Source: an uncultured Chloroflexaceae bacterium
GTDB lineage: Bacteria > Chloroflexota > Chloroflexia > Chloroflexales > Chloroflexaceae
Direction of reading: 5' to 3'
Length of the DNA stretch: 64,000 bases
Assembly: GCA_964575355.1 (NCBI GenBank)
Contig: CAZNQP010000007.1
Span: 5,038-69,037 of the forward strand
Below, piece by piece: positions 56,096 to 63,906 of this stretch. The stretch's first letter is position 1, and each line of letters starts with the position of its first letter. The notes beneath the pieces are model-generated. The model was not told the origin of the DNA. It worked only from the letters and a program-made list of their open reading frames with translations, and did not search any database. The position numbers and the translations under genes were made by a program.

Positions 56096-58101
56096 CCACC
56101 GAGCAGTAGCCACACCACCACACCCACTACGGCGAGCACCGCTAGCACCGCCAGCACCGCCGCCAGAGCGACGCGCTCCATGTTGTACAGGTCGCCGCGT
56201 GCGCCGTGCAGTTCGCGTTCGTCGCCCACAATTTGCAGCAGGCGCGGCGCACTGTCGTTCAGCGAATACTCCACTTCAGTCAATGGCACCCCACGGAGCG
56301 ACAAGTCGGTGCGTACAATGCGCGTCTGGGTGTCGCTCACCTCCTCAATGGCTACCTGCACCAACTCGGCAAGCTGCGGCACGCTGTTCCACAGCCCGTT
56401 GTAGGGGTCAATCGTTGTGGTGCAGATGGGCACCGTATGCCGCTCTAGCACCGCCCGTGGCGGCAGGTCGTCGAAGTCGTCGGTGTCGGTGGTGAGAAAC
56501 TGGCGTGCCCGCCGTGACCACTCGAAGAGTTGCTCCTCAACCAGATTACCGTTGCCCTCGCAGAGATCGCAGTCTTGTAAGCCGTAGCCCCGACAGGTGT
56601 CACACTGCTTGGTCAGGTGCTCAATGGTGGTGGTGCCGTCGGGGTTGCGTATCTTCTGCGTGCGCTCGATCTCACCGCGCCCCCGGCAAGTCTGGCATTC
56701 GGTGCGCCCGTTGCCACCACACTGCGGGCAGGCAAACACATACACCGACTCAGGGATCACAATCGTCTGCGCCTTAACCGTAGCCAGTTCGTCATCTATC
56801 GGTAAATCCATCTCCCACACGTCCGGCGGCGTGACCTGCGAGGTGCGGTCATCGAGCGTGGGGGTGCGCCGCCGCGTGCGCGGGAGGGTGCGCGTCTCAT
56901 ACACCACTTTGAGTTCGTAGAAGTAGAGGTTGTAGCTACTCATCTGCTTCAGGTCGAGCAACCGCCCCAGCAACCGCCGCCGGAAAAACCCGTCACGGCT
57001 CCACTGGTTGAGCATACGGCGCACCGTGTTGGCGCGGTGTAGCTCGTTGGCACGCGCCCGGCTTTCGTTCAAGAACTGCTCGAATGCCTGCAATGCCTCG
57101 CGGTCATGCGCGAGGTCAACCCCCGGCAAGGCAGCAGGCGCGTCATCGGCACGCTGCACGCGCTGGCTCAGCAGGTCGCTCAGCACCACCTCAAGCGGGT
57201 TTTCCAGCCAGTTGGCAGTTGTTTCCCACGTTGACTCCTCAAGGTCGGGCGTGGCTTCGTCCACCTGCACGCGCAACGCCTGCCGGAGCGGGGGCACCGC
57301 CGCACTCGCCGTGGCATAGCGGTCGGCGGGGTTGGCAGCCATCATCTGGCGCAGCACTGGCTCGGTCGCGGCAAGGTCAGGCAGCAGTGCGCCGAAAGGC
57401 GGCAACGGGGTGCCCGGCGGTGGCGGCAGGTCGCCCGTGAACATGTGAAATGCCACTGCCCCAAGGCTATATACATCGAGGGTCGGGGTAGCGGTGCCGT
57501 CATCAAGGTGTTGCTCTGGTGCGGTATACGCCGTGAGGTAGTCGAGGTCAGCATCGGTGTCGCCATCGGTGGGCGTGCCATCAGGGGCGGCGGCAAGGCT
57601 CAGGTTGGTGAGGTAGGCGAGCCACTGCGGGGTGACAAGAATGTTGGCGGGCTGCACGTCGCGGTGGATGATCTGCTGGCTATGCAGATAGTCGAGTGCG
57701 CCGCCGATCTGCTCGACAATCTTGAGGGCACGCACCGGCTCAAGCCGCCCCTTGTGCAGCAGGTCGCTTAGTGGGCGGGCTTCGAGCATGGGGAAAATCA
57801 AGTAGTCGCCCAATTGCTCATCGTGCCCCGCGTCAATCACGGGCAGCAGGTGCGGGTGGGTCAGCCGCCCCGCCAGCTTTGCCATCAACTTGAAGCGGCT
57901 CGCAGACACGCGGTCGTGGCGGCGCAAGATAGCCACCTGCACCGGGCGATCCAGCATCTCGTGCGTGGCGGCATACACGGTCGCAAGCCCATCTTGTGAG
58001 ACGCGCTTGTCGAGCCGATAGTTATGCAGGTCTGACCGCGACGTATCCGGCAATGCAGACCGGGTGCGGCTCTTGCTGTTGCTGCGAGTGCCAGTAGACA
58101 C
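56092..58101 (-). CDS. pseudokinase fused to a DnaJ-type (CxxCxGxG)x4 zinc finger and a C-terminal TM anchor
   Basis: Kinase fold with eroded catalytic motifs (VAIL, HRDVQPAN, NLS for DFG). CPQCGGNG, CQTCRGRG, CDTCRGYG, CDLCEGNG. Tail LAAVLAVLAVLAVVGVVVWLLLGG. Confidence 0.85.
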   Translation of the reverse strand: MSTGTRSNSKSRTRSALPDTSRSDLHNYRLDKRVSQDGLATVYAATHEMLDRPVQVAILRRHDRVSASRFKLMAKLAGRLTHPHLLPVIDAGHDEQLGDYLIFPMLEARPLSDLLHKGRLEPVRALKIVEQIGGALDYLHSQQIIHRDVQPANILVTPQWLAYLTNLSLAAAPDGTPTDGDTDADLDYLTAYTAPEQHLDDGTATPTLDVYSLGAVAFHMFTGDLPPPPGTPLPPFGALLPDLAATEPVLRQMMAANPADRYATASAAVPPLRQALRVQVDEATPDLEESTWETTANWLENPLEVVLSDLLSQRVQRADDAPAALPGVDLAHDREALQAFEQFLNESRARANELHRANTVRRMLNQWSRDGFFRRRLLGRLLDLKQMSSYNLYFYELKVVYETRTLPRTRRRTPTLDDRTSQVTPPDVWEMDLPIDDELATVKAQTIVIPESVYVFACPQCGGNGRTECQTCRGRGEIERTQKIRNPDGTTTIEHLTKQCDTCRGYGLQDCDLCEGNGNLVEEQLFEWSRRARQFLTTDTDDFDDLPPRAVLERHTVPICTTTIDPYNGLWNSVPQLAELVQVAIEEVSDTQTRIVRTDLSLRGVPLTEVEYSLNDSAPRLLQIVGDERELHGARGDLYNMERVALAAVLAVLAVLAVVGVVVWLLLGG

Positions 58102-58122
58102 ACATTATCCCATCGTTAAAAC

Positions 58123-58140
58123 AATACGAATGTTCGTATT
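58123..58140. promoter_or_regulatory. 18-bp perfect palindrome AATACGAA-TG-TTCGTATT (candidate operator)
   Basis: Read directly. Abuts or overlaps the minus-strand extended -10 TGGTATAAT (58138-58146) and the sirtuin stop codon. Confidence 0.5.
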
Positions 58141-58146
58141 ATACCA
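58138..58146 (-). promoter_or_regulatory. extended -10 TGGTATAAT upstream of the pseudokinase gene
   Basis: Minus strand TGGTATAAT, about 37 nt before the GTG at 58101. Confidence 0.45.
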
Positions 58147-58900
58147 CATCTGCCGGAGTGCCGTAGGCAGCGCGCACCAGCGCGGGCAACACGGTGCCCG
58201 CCTTGCCGTTCACCTGATGCACCCGCCCACGGCTACCGGGGGGGACATCAAGGTTGATAATCGCCACTGTCGCGCCATTGCGGGCGGCATATTCCGTCAA
58301 CGAGGCTGCCGGCTCAACTACGCCCGACGTGCCAATGGACAGAAACAGGTCACACGTCACGGCTGCCATGGCTGCCGCATTCCACGCCGTTTCGGGCAGC
58401 ACCTCACCAAACAGTACCACCGCCGGACGGATGAACGCCCCGGTACGCGGGCAGTAGGGGGCGTGCTCGCGCCATTCGGCTTCGCTCAGGGGCAAGCCAT
58501 CGCCCATGCTGTACACCTGAAAGATGGTACCGTGCAGTTCGTGGACGTTGCGGCTGCCCGCCCGCTGGTGCAAGCCGTCTATGTTTTGGGTTGCCAGCGT
58601 AAACTGGGCAACGCGCTGCTCAATCGTTACGAGGGCGCGGTGCGCGGCGTTGGGGGCGGCGCGTTCCATAGCATCGCGCAGGTCGGCAAACCAGTCCCAC
58701 ACCACATCGGGGTGGCGCAGCAGTGCCGCTGTCGTCACGAGGTCTTCGAGGTCGTAGCGTTCCCACAGCCCAGTCAGGCGGTCACGAAAGGTGGGTAGCC
58801 CGCTTTCAGCAGAGATGCCCGCCCCAGTGAGGACAGCTACCCGCTGCGCGTCGCGCAGAGCGGCAACGAGGTCGGCGGGCAATGACAGTGGCTCAGACAT
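58139..58900 (-). CDS. cobB: NAD-dependent protein deacylase (sirtuin, CobB-like) lacking the Cys4 zinc module
   Basis: GAGISAESGLPTFR, QNIDGLH, catalytic ELHG. Only one Cys lies in the region where CxxC...CxxC is normally found. Confidence 0.88.
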   Translation of the reverse strand: MSEPLSLPADLVAALRDAQRVAVLTGAGISAESGLPTFRDRLTGLWERYDLEDLVTTAALLRHPDVVWDWFADLRDAMERAAPNAAHRALVTIEQRVAQFTLATQNIDGLHQRAGSRNVHELHGTIFQVYSMGDGLPLSEAEWREHAPYCPRTGAFIRPAVVLFGEVLPETAWNAAAMAAVTCDLFLSIGTSGVVEPAASLTEYAARNGATVAIINLDVPPGSRGRVHQVNGKAGTVLPALVRAAYGTPADVV

Positions 58901-58905
58901 TGCGG

Positions 58906-60252
58906 CTATTCCACCGTCAGCGCGTCTGGCTCGGCAGCGAGCGGCGGCGGCTCTTCGCCGTTGGTCAGCAGGCGGAGCGCATAGTACAACTGGGCATCGG
59001 TACAGCTTGCCGAGCCATCGGGGGGCGTGGTAGTTTCGGTGCAGGGCACCGCATACCGTGCGTCGCTGACCGCCGGCACCAGATAGTCGGGCGTAATGCC
59101 CACTTCGTGGATCGCCGCGCCGTCGGGGGTGAACCAGTGCGCCACCGTAATCCGCACGCTACTGCCGTCGCTCAGGCGGTGGATGTTCTGCACGGAGCCT
59201 TTACCGAAACTGGTCGCCCCCAACAACAGAGTGTCGGCACGCTCGACACGCAACGCCCCCGCGACAATCTCGGCGGCACTCGCTGAGCCTTCGTCGAGCA
59301 GCACCAGCAATGGCACATCGAAGGCTTGGACACCCGCAGGCGATGCTATTGTCTGCATCTCAATGGTGGTGGTAGTGTTCTTCTCTTCGTACAGGGCAAT
59401 GCCGTTGTAGAAGCGACCCAGTACCTCTTGCGCGGTGGTGAGGAAGCCACCGGGGTTGTTGCGGACATCAAGCACCAATGCCCGCATCTGCTGCTGTTGC
59501 AGTGCCAGCAGTGCCGCGTCCAGTTCGCGGGCGGTGTTCGCCTTGAACTCGGTAATCTGAATATAGCCGATGTCGTCGGGCAGCATCTGGTGGTACACAC
59601 TGAACAGCGGCACCTCGTCGCGCACAATCGCAAGGTCGAAGGGGGCAGGCTCGCCCGCCCGCTCCAGCGTCAGCACCACCTCGCTGCCCTTCGGTCCGCG
59701 CAGCAAGCCACTGACGGTGCCCATGCTGTCGGCATCGCGCTGGTCGTGCAGCACATCGGCGAGCAGGATGCCGTCAATTGCGACAATAACATCGCCCGCC
59801 TGCACCCCTGCTTGCATTGCGGGGGACTCTTTGATGGGGCGCGTGATGAGAACCTGCCCGTGCTCGACGCGCATGTACACGCCGATACCCTCGAAACGCC
59901 CGCTCAGCACATCGCGGGTGCGGGCGGTGTCGTCCGGCTCTTCAAAGATGGTGTATTCGTCGTCGAGGGTTGCCAGCATACCCCGGATTGCGCCATAGGT
60001 CAGTTGCTGCTGGTCGAGCGGGTCAGTGCGGTAGAACTCGTCGTCCAGCAGGGCGCGGACATCGTGCAGCACAGCAAACTGTGCCACATCTGCGGCAGTG
60101 GCATAGGCACCGGGGGGCGTGCCGCTGCGTACCGCCGCCGGGGTGGGAACAGCAGGTTGCTGCGCGAGCGACCACCCCGCGAGAAATGCGATGATGCCCA
60201 CGAAACAGGCTACGCCTGTTAGGATGAGCACTGCCGGTTGCCAGCGTATCAT
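58906..60252 (-). CDS. S41 family carboxy-terminal processing peptidase
   Basis: N-terminal TM, PDZ domain, catalytic GATSFGKGSVQ and downstream Lys region. Confidence 0.9.
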   Translation of the reverse strand: MIRWQPAVLILTGVACFVGIIAFLAGWSLAQQPAVPTPAAVRSGTPPGAYATAADVAQFAVLHDVRALLDDEFYRTDPLDQQQLTYGAIRGMLATLDDEYTIFEEPDDTARTRDVLSGRFEGIGVYMRVEHGQVLITRPIKESPAMQAGVQAGDVIVAIDGILLADVLHDQRDADSMGTVSGLLRGPKGSEVVLTLERAGEPAPFDLAIVRDEVPLFSVYHQMLPDDIGYIQITEFKANTARELDAALLALQQQQMRALVLDVRNNPGGFLTTAQEVLGRFYNGIALYEEKNTTTTIEMQTIASPAGVQAFDVPLLVLLDEGSASAAEIVAGALRVERADTLLLGATSFGKGSVQNIHRLSDGSSVRITVAHWFTPDGAAIHEVGITPDYLVPAVSDARYAVPCTETTTPPDGSASCTDAQLYYALRLLTNGEEPPPLAAEPDALTVE

Positions 60253-61052
60253 GACGACTCACTCTCTGCGCGTGTGCCCGGCTGCCGGGTGTCATATTCG
60301 TAGCCATACACGGCGGCTGCCATGATGGGCGCAGTCTCGGCACGCAAGATACGTGCGCCGAGCGATACAGGTATGATACCACGCGCGTGCGCGGCTGTCA
60401 GTTCGGCGGGCGCGATGCCGCCCTCGGCACCGCTACACACCAGCACGCGCCCCCCGTCTGCGAGCGGCGGCTGTGCCCGCAACCAGTCGCGCAACAACGG
60501 CGGTTGCACGGTCGGGCTACCTTCGTACAGCAGGAGCACGTGGTCATAGTCGGGGCGCATCGCAAACACAGCAGCGGCGGGCTGCGGCGCAGACAGGGCG
60601 GGCAGGTACCCCCGGCACGACTGCTCGGCGGCTTCGCGGATGATGCGCTGCCAGCGTTCGTACTTGGCGGGGCTGACCGTATCGCCGCCTTCGCTACGCT
60701 GCCACAGCACCGGCACAAAGTGCGTCACGCCTAGCTCGGTGCCCTTCTGCAGGAGCCACTCGAAGCGTTCGCCCCGCAGCAGAGCAACCGCCAGCGTCAA
60801 CTGCACGGGCAGTTCGCCGCCCGCTCCCTGCCGTGCGCGAACCTGCCCGTGTATCGCTCGCCGCTCGATGTGCGTCACTTCAACGACACACGCGCTACCT
60901 GCGCCGTCGAGCAGCAGCAGGTGCGCCCCCACTTGCACGCGCAGCACGCGGCTCAACTGGTGGAGCAACCCGCTATCGGTAAGCGTCACATCATCCGTCG
61001 TGAGGAGCGCAGGCGGCACGAAAAAGCGGTAGGTGTTAGGAATATCAGCCAT
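60249..61052 (-). CDS. rsmE: 16S rRNA (uracil1498-N3)-methyltransferase
   Basis: ATG at 61052. YRFFVP.....D.V.L.......H...VLR, C-terminal SPOUT knot LG.RILR.ETA. Confidence 0.88.
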   Translation of the reverse strand: MADIPNTYRFFVPPALLTTDDVTLTDSGLLHQLSRVLRVQVGAHLLLLDGAGSACVVEVTHIERRAIHGQVRARQGAGGELPVQLTLAVALLRGERFEWLLQKGTELGVTHFVPVLWQRSEGGDTVSPAKYERWQRIIREAAEQSCRGYLPALSAPQPAAAVFAMRPDYDHVLLLYEGSPTVQPPLLRDWLRAQPPLADGGRVLVCSGAEGGIAPAELTAAHARGIIPVSLGARILRAETAPIMAAAVYGYEYDTRQPGTRAESESS

Positions 61053-62091
61053 CGCCCGCATCGGGCACGTACACACGCAGTAGCTCGCAGGGGGCGGTGG
61101 TCGGCGCGAGCGTGTATGCCCCTAGCACGGCAGGCAACACAACCGCATCGCCTGCCCGAAGTGCGCGTGCGGTGCCGCCTGTATGCAATACCACGGTGCC
61201 CTGCGTCACCGTCAAGATTTCGAGGCTACGCGGGTCGGTGTGGGCACTGAGCGCAGTCGCCAGCGTCCAACGTTCGAGCGCGAAGTAGTTGCACTGGGTC
61301 AGCAGGTGGCGCGAGCCATCGGCGGCAAGCGGTTGCGGCGTGAGAGGGCGACACGGTGCCGCCGTGTAGTTGATCACGGCGAGGGCTTTGTCGAGGTGCA
61401 ACGCCCGTGGCTGTCCGGTCGCGTTGTCTACGCGCCCATAGTCATACACGCGGTAGGTCAGGTCGGACTTCTCCTGTACCTCGAACAGCACCAACCCCGC
61501 GTTGATGGCATGCACGGTGCCTGCCGGGATAAAGAGCGTATCGCCCGCCTGCACGGGCTGGTAGTGGAGCAAATCCTCGACTGTGCCCGCCGTGACTGCC
61601 GCAGCGAAGGCGGCACGGGTGGTGGGCTGGCGCAAGCCACTAATGACCAGTGCATCAGGGGTGGCGGAGAGGACGTACCACGCTTCGTTCTTGCCGTGAA
61701 AGCCGGTATGTGCTTCGTGCTGGTGGGCATAGACATCGTCAGGGTGAACCTGAATGGACAGGCGGTCGGTGGCATCAAGTAGCTTGAGCAACAGCGGGAA
61801 ATCGTGCCCGTAGCGGGCAAATGAGCGCGTGCCCACGAGGTCTGCGCCCCACAGCCGCGTGACGGCTGCCAACGACAACCCGGCACACGCGCCGTCACGT
61901 ACCACGTTATCGTCATAGACCAGCCAGCATTCGCCCGTGCGCGGCGGGCAGGTGCTGCCCGGCGGTAGCCACGTTGCAAGCCGTTCGCCGCCCCAGATAC
62001 GTTCAACCAGCCGTTGTGCCAGCAGCAACGGATACGGGGCAGGGGCGGTGGTCGCAGGTCGGGGGCTAACAGTCGGGTGTGTCCTCGTCAT
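61045..62091 (-). CDS. manA: class I mannose-6-phosphate isomerase (cupin)
   Basis: ATG at 62091, 6 nt after GAGGA. ERIWGG, LSIQVHPDD, GKNEAWYVL, AGTVHAI. The upstream 134 ORF codons were discarded. Confidence 0.85.
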   Translation of the reverse strand: MTRTHPTVSPRPATTAPAPYPLLLAQRLVERIWGGERLATWLPPGSTCPPRTGECWLVYDDNVVRDGACAGLSLAAVTRLWGADLVGTRSFARYGHDFPLLLKLLDATDRLSIQVHPDDVYAHQHEAHTGFHGKNEAWYVLSATPDALVISGLRQPTTRAAFAAAVTAGTVEDLLHYQPVQAGDTLFIPAGTVHAINAGLVLFEVQEKSDLTYRVYDYGRVDNATGQPRALHLDKALAVINYTAAPCRPLTPQPLAADGSRHLLTQCNYFALERWTLATALSAHTDPRSLEILTVTQGTVVLHTGGTARALRAGDAVVLPAVLGAYTLAPTTAPCELLRVYVPDAGDG

Positions 62092-62144
62092 CGGCATTCC
62101 TCGCAGTGTGTCGTGCCCGCTCGCTACGGGCGCGTTCTGCGCTG

Positions 62145-62153
62145 ATTGTAGCA
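62145..62153 (-). promoter_or_regulatory. extended -10 TGCTACAAT upstream of manA
   Basis: Minus strand TGCTACAAT, about 54 nt before the manA ATG. Confidence 0.45.
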
Positions 62154-62169
62154 CACAATAGCCAGCCAG

Positions 62170-62201
62170 CGGTGACGCGCTCAGCCGGGGGCGCGTCGCC
62201 G
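62170..62201 (-). terminator. GC-rich hairpin downstream of the small membrane-protein gene
   Basis: GACGCGC (62174-62180) / GCGCGTC (62191-62197), extendable by 3 more pairs past one mismatch. No U-tract. Confidence 0.35.
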
Positions 62202-62207
62202 CAAGCA

Positions 62208-62621
62208 TTACACGACATTGACGATGAGCGCGACGATAGCTATGATCAGCAGGAGCACGCCCAACAAAATACCGAGGAGCTTCGCCTGTTCCGCCGACCG
62301 CCGCGCGGCAAGTTGCTGGCGCGAGCTTTCGGCGTAGGGCACGTCGGGTTGCTCGCCCAGCAAGATTTGCCCAAGGTTGCCGGGGTTGGTGCGTACCGCC
62401 GTGACTACGCCGTGCCACAGGTCGCCCAGCGTCACCAGCGGCGGTGCCCAATAGACTTGCCCCTCCGGGATGGGTTCCCCGGTGAGGCTGCACAGCAGAG
62501 GTTCCCCCGTGTCGCTCCGGGCGATTGCGTTATCGTTATCGTTATTGCCATCGCCCGCCGACACAGGCGCACCCTCACGAGCGGTCGGGTTTGGCGGCGA
62601 ATTGTCCGACGTTGCGGACAT
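62208..62621 (-). CDS. hypothetical tail-anchored membrane protein
   Basis: 137-aa ORF with an acidic/Asn-rich N-terminus and a single C-terminal TM helix (LLGILLGVLLLIIAIVALIV). Its 5' end overlaps the upstream aminotransferase by 47 nt, so the start is uncertain. Confidence 0.6.
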   Translation of the reverse strand: MSATSDNSPPNPTAREGAPVSAGDGNNDNDNAIARSDTGEPLLCSLTGEPIPEGQVYWAPPLVTLGDLWHGVVTAVRTNPGNLGQILLGEQPDVPYAESSRQQLAARRSAEQAKLLGILLGVLLLIIAIVALIVNVV

Positions 62622-63816
62622 GGTGCGGTACTCCCCCCGAACCGGCAGTCGGCAACCAGCCTTGGCGTGCCAAGAAGGTTTCCAGCCGGGTCAGCATAGC
62701 TTCGAGATTCTCCATTGACGATGCGTATGATACACGCTGGAAGCCCTCGCCGTACACCCCGAAAGCATTGCCGGGGACAATCGCTACGGCCATGGTTTGC
62801 AGCAACCCCATGGCAAAGTCGCGGCTACTCACCCCGAACTGGCTGGTTTGCGGGAAGGCATAGAACGCGCCCTTCGGCATCACAGTGGGCAAGCCCAACG
62901 CATTCAGCCCACCGACGAGAAAGCGGCGGCGGCGGTCATATTCCTGTCGCATCCGTTCGACATCGGCATCTGCCGAGCGCAGGGCTTCGAGTGCGGCGTA
63001 CTGCCCCATCGTCGGTGCCGACAGAATGCCGTACTGGTGTACCTGCGTCGCCGCGCTGATCAAGTCGGCGGGACCCGCCATATACGCGACGCGCCAGCCA
63101 GTCATGGCATAGTTCTTCGAGAAGCCGCCCAGCAACACGGTCCGGTTCTGGGCACCCGGCAGAGCGGCAATACACGTATGCTCGCCTTCGTACACAATAC
63201 GGTCGTAGATTTCATCCGACAGGATCAGCAGGTCGTGGCGTTCGGCAAGGTCAACAATCGCCTGTAACCCTGCGCGGCTCATCACCGCTCCGGTCGGGTT
63301 GTTGGGGTAGCCGAGCAGAATGGCGCGGGTGTGTGGCGTGATAGCAGCTTCGATGGCTTCTGCCGTGACCTCAAAGTTGTTGCTGGCATAGGCAGGCACA
63401 AACACAGGGACTGCCCCCGCCAGACGCATACACCCCATATAGGCAACATAGTAGGGATCAGCCATAATAACTTCGTCGCCGGGGTCGAACAGCCCAAGCG
63501 CGGCACTTTCCAGCCCTTCGCTCACCCCCACCGTAATGAGGATTTCGCGGTTCGGGTCGTAGCGTACCCCATATCGCTCTGCGAGGTGATCAGCGACTGC
63601 AACACGCAATTCAAACAGCCCTTGATTGGAGGTGTACGCCGTAGACTGTTCGATGGACTGGTGGGCGGCTTCGCGCACCTGCGGCGGGGTCGCAAAATCG
63701 GGTTCGCCAACGCTGAGGGAGATGACATCGTCCATCGTTTCGGCGATGTCAAAGAACTCGCGTATGCCAGACGGGGGCATCGAGCGAATGCGGCTCGAAA
63801 TACGCTGCTGTGACAT
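62575..63816 (-). CDS. class I/II pyridoxal-phosphate aminotransferase
   Basis: ATG at 63816, 9 nt after AAGGAG. FSKNYAMTGWRVAY (PLP Lys), NNPTG. Confidence 0.9.
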   Translation of the reverse strand: MSQQRISSRIRSMPPSGIREFFDIAETMDDVISLSVGEPDFATPPQVREAAHQSIEQSTAYTSNQGLFELRVAVADHLAERYGVRYDPNREILITVGVSEGLESAALGLFDPGDEVIMADPYYVAYMGCMRLAGAVPVFVPAYASNNFEVTAEAIEAAITPHTRAILLGYPNNPTGAVMSRAGLQAIVDLAERHDLLILSDEIYDRIVYEGEHTCIAALPGAQNRTVLLGGFSKNYAMTGWRVAYMAGPADLISAATQVHQYGILSAPTMGQYAALEALRSADADVERMRQEYDRRRRFLVGGLNALGLPTVMPKGAFYAFPQTSQFGVSSRDFAMGLLQTMAVAIVPGNAFGVYGEGFQRVSYASSMENLEAMLTRLETFLARQGWLPTAGSGGVPHHVRNVGQFAAKPDRS

Positions 63817-63863
63817 GGAAATAGGCTCCTTCAAATCAGGTCTTATGCCGTGCTGATCCCAGA

Positions 63864-63884
63864 GACTGGACAAGGTGTCCAGTC
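63864..63884. promoter_or_regulatory. 9-bp perfect inverted repeat GACTGGACA-agg-TGTCCAGTC at the predicted 5' end of the aminotransferase mRNA
   Basis: Read directly. Begins about 7 nt downstream (minus sense) of the duplicated -10. Confidence 0.5.
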
Positions 63885-63890
63885 CGAAAC

Positions 63891-63906
63891 ATTATACCAT
63901 TATACC
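63891..63906 (-). promoter_or_regulatory. tandemly duplicated -10 element (GGTATAAT x2)
   Basis: Plus strand ATTATACC ATTATACC. Minus strand reads TGGTATAATGGTATAATG. Confidence 0.5.

Noticed and set aside
58123-58140. The 18-bp palindrome as a LexA (Cheo-type GAAC-N4-GTTC) SOS box.
   Set aside because: The half-sites read CGAA-TG-TTCG with 2-nt rather than 4-nt spacing and the wrong half-site sequence. It is kept only as an unassigned operator candidate.
53205-60252. The sirtuin, two kinase-fold proteins and a protease considered as an anti-phage defence island.
   Set aside because: The sirtuin is a short CobB-type enzyme, not a SIR2-effector fusion. The neighbours are housekeeping genes (rsmE, manA, ctp, aminotransferase). 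There are no nuclease, TIR, STAND, helicase or mobile-element genes and no compositional break.
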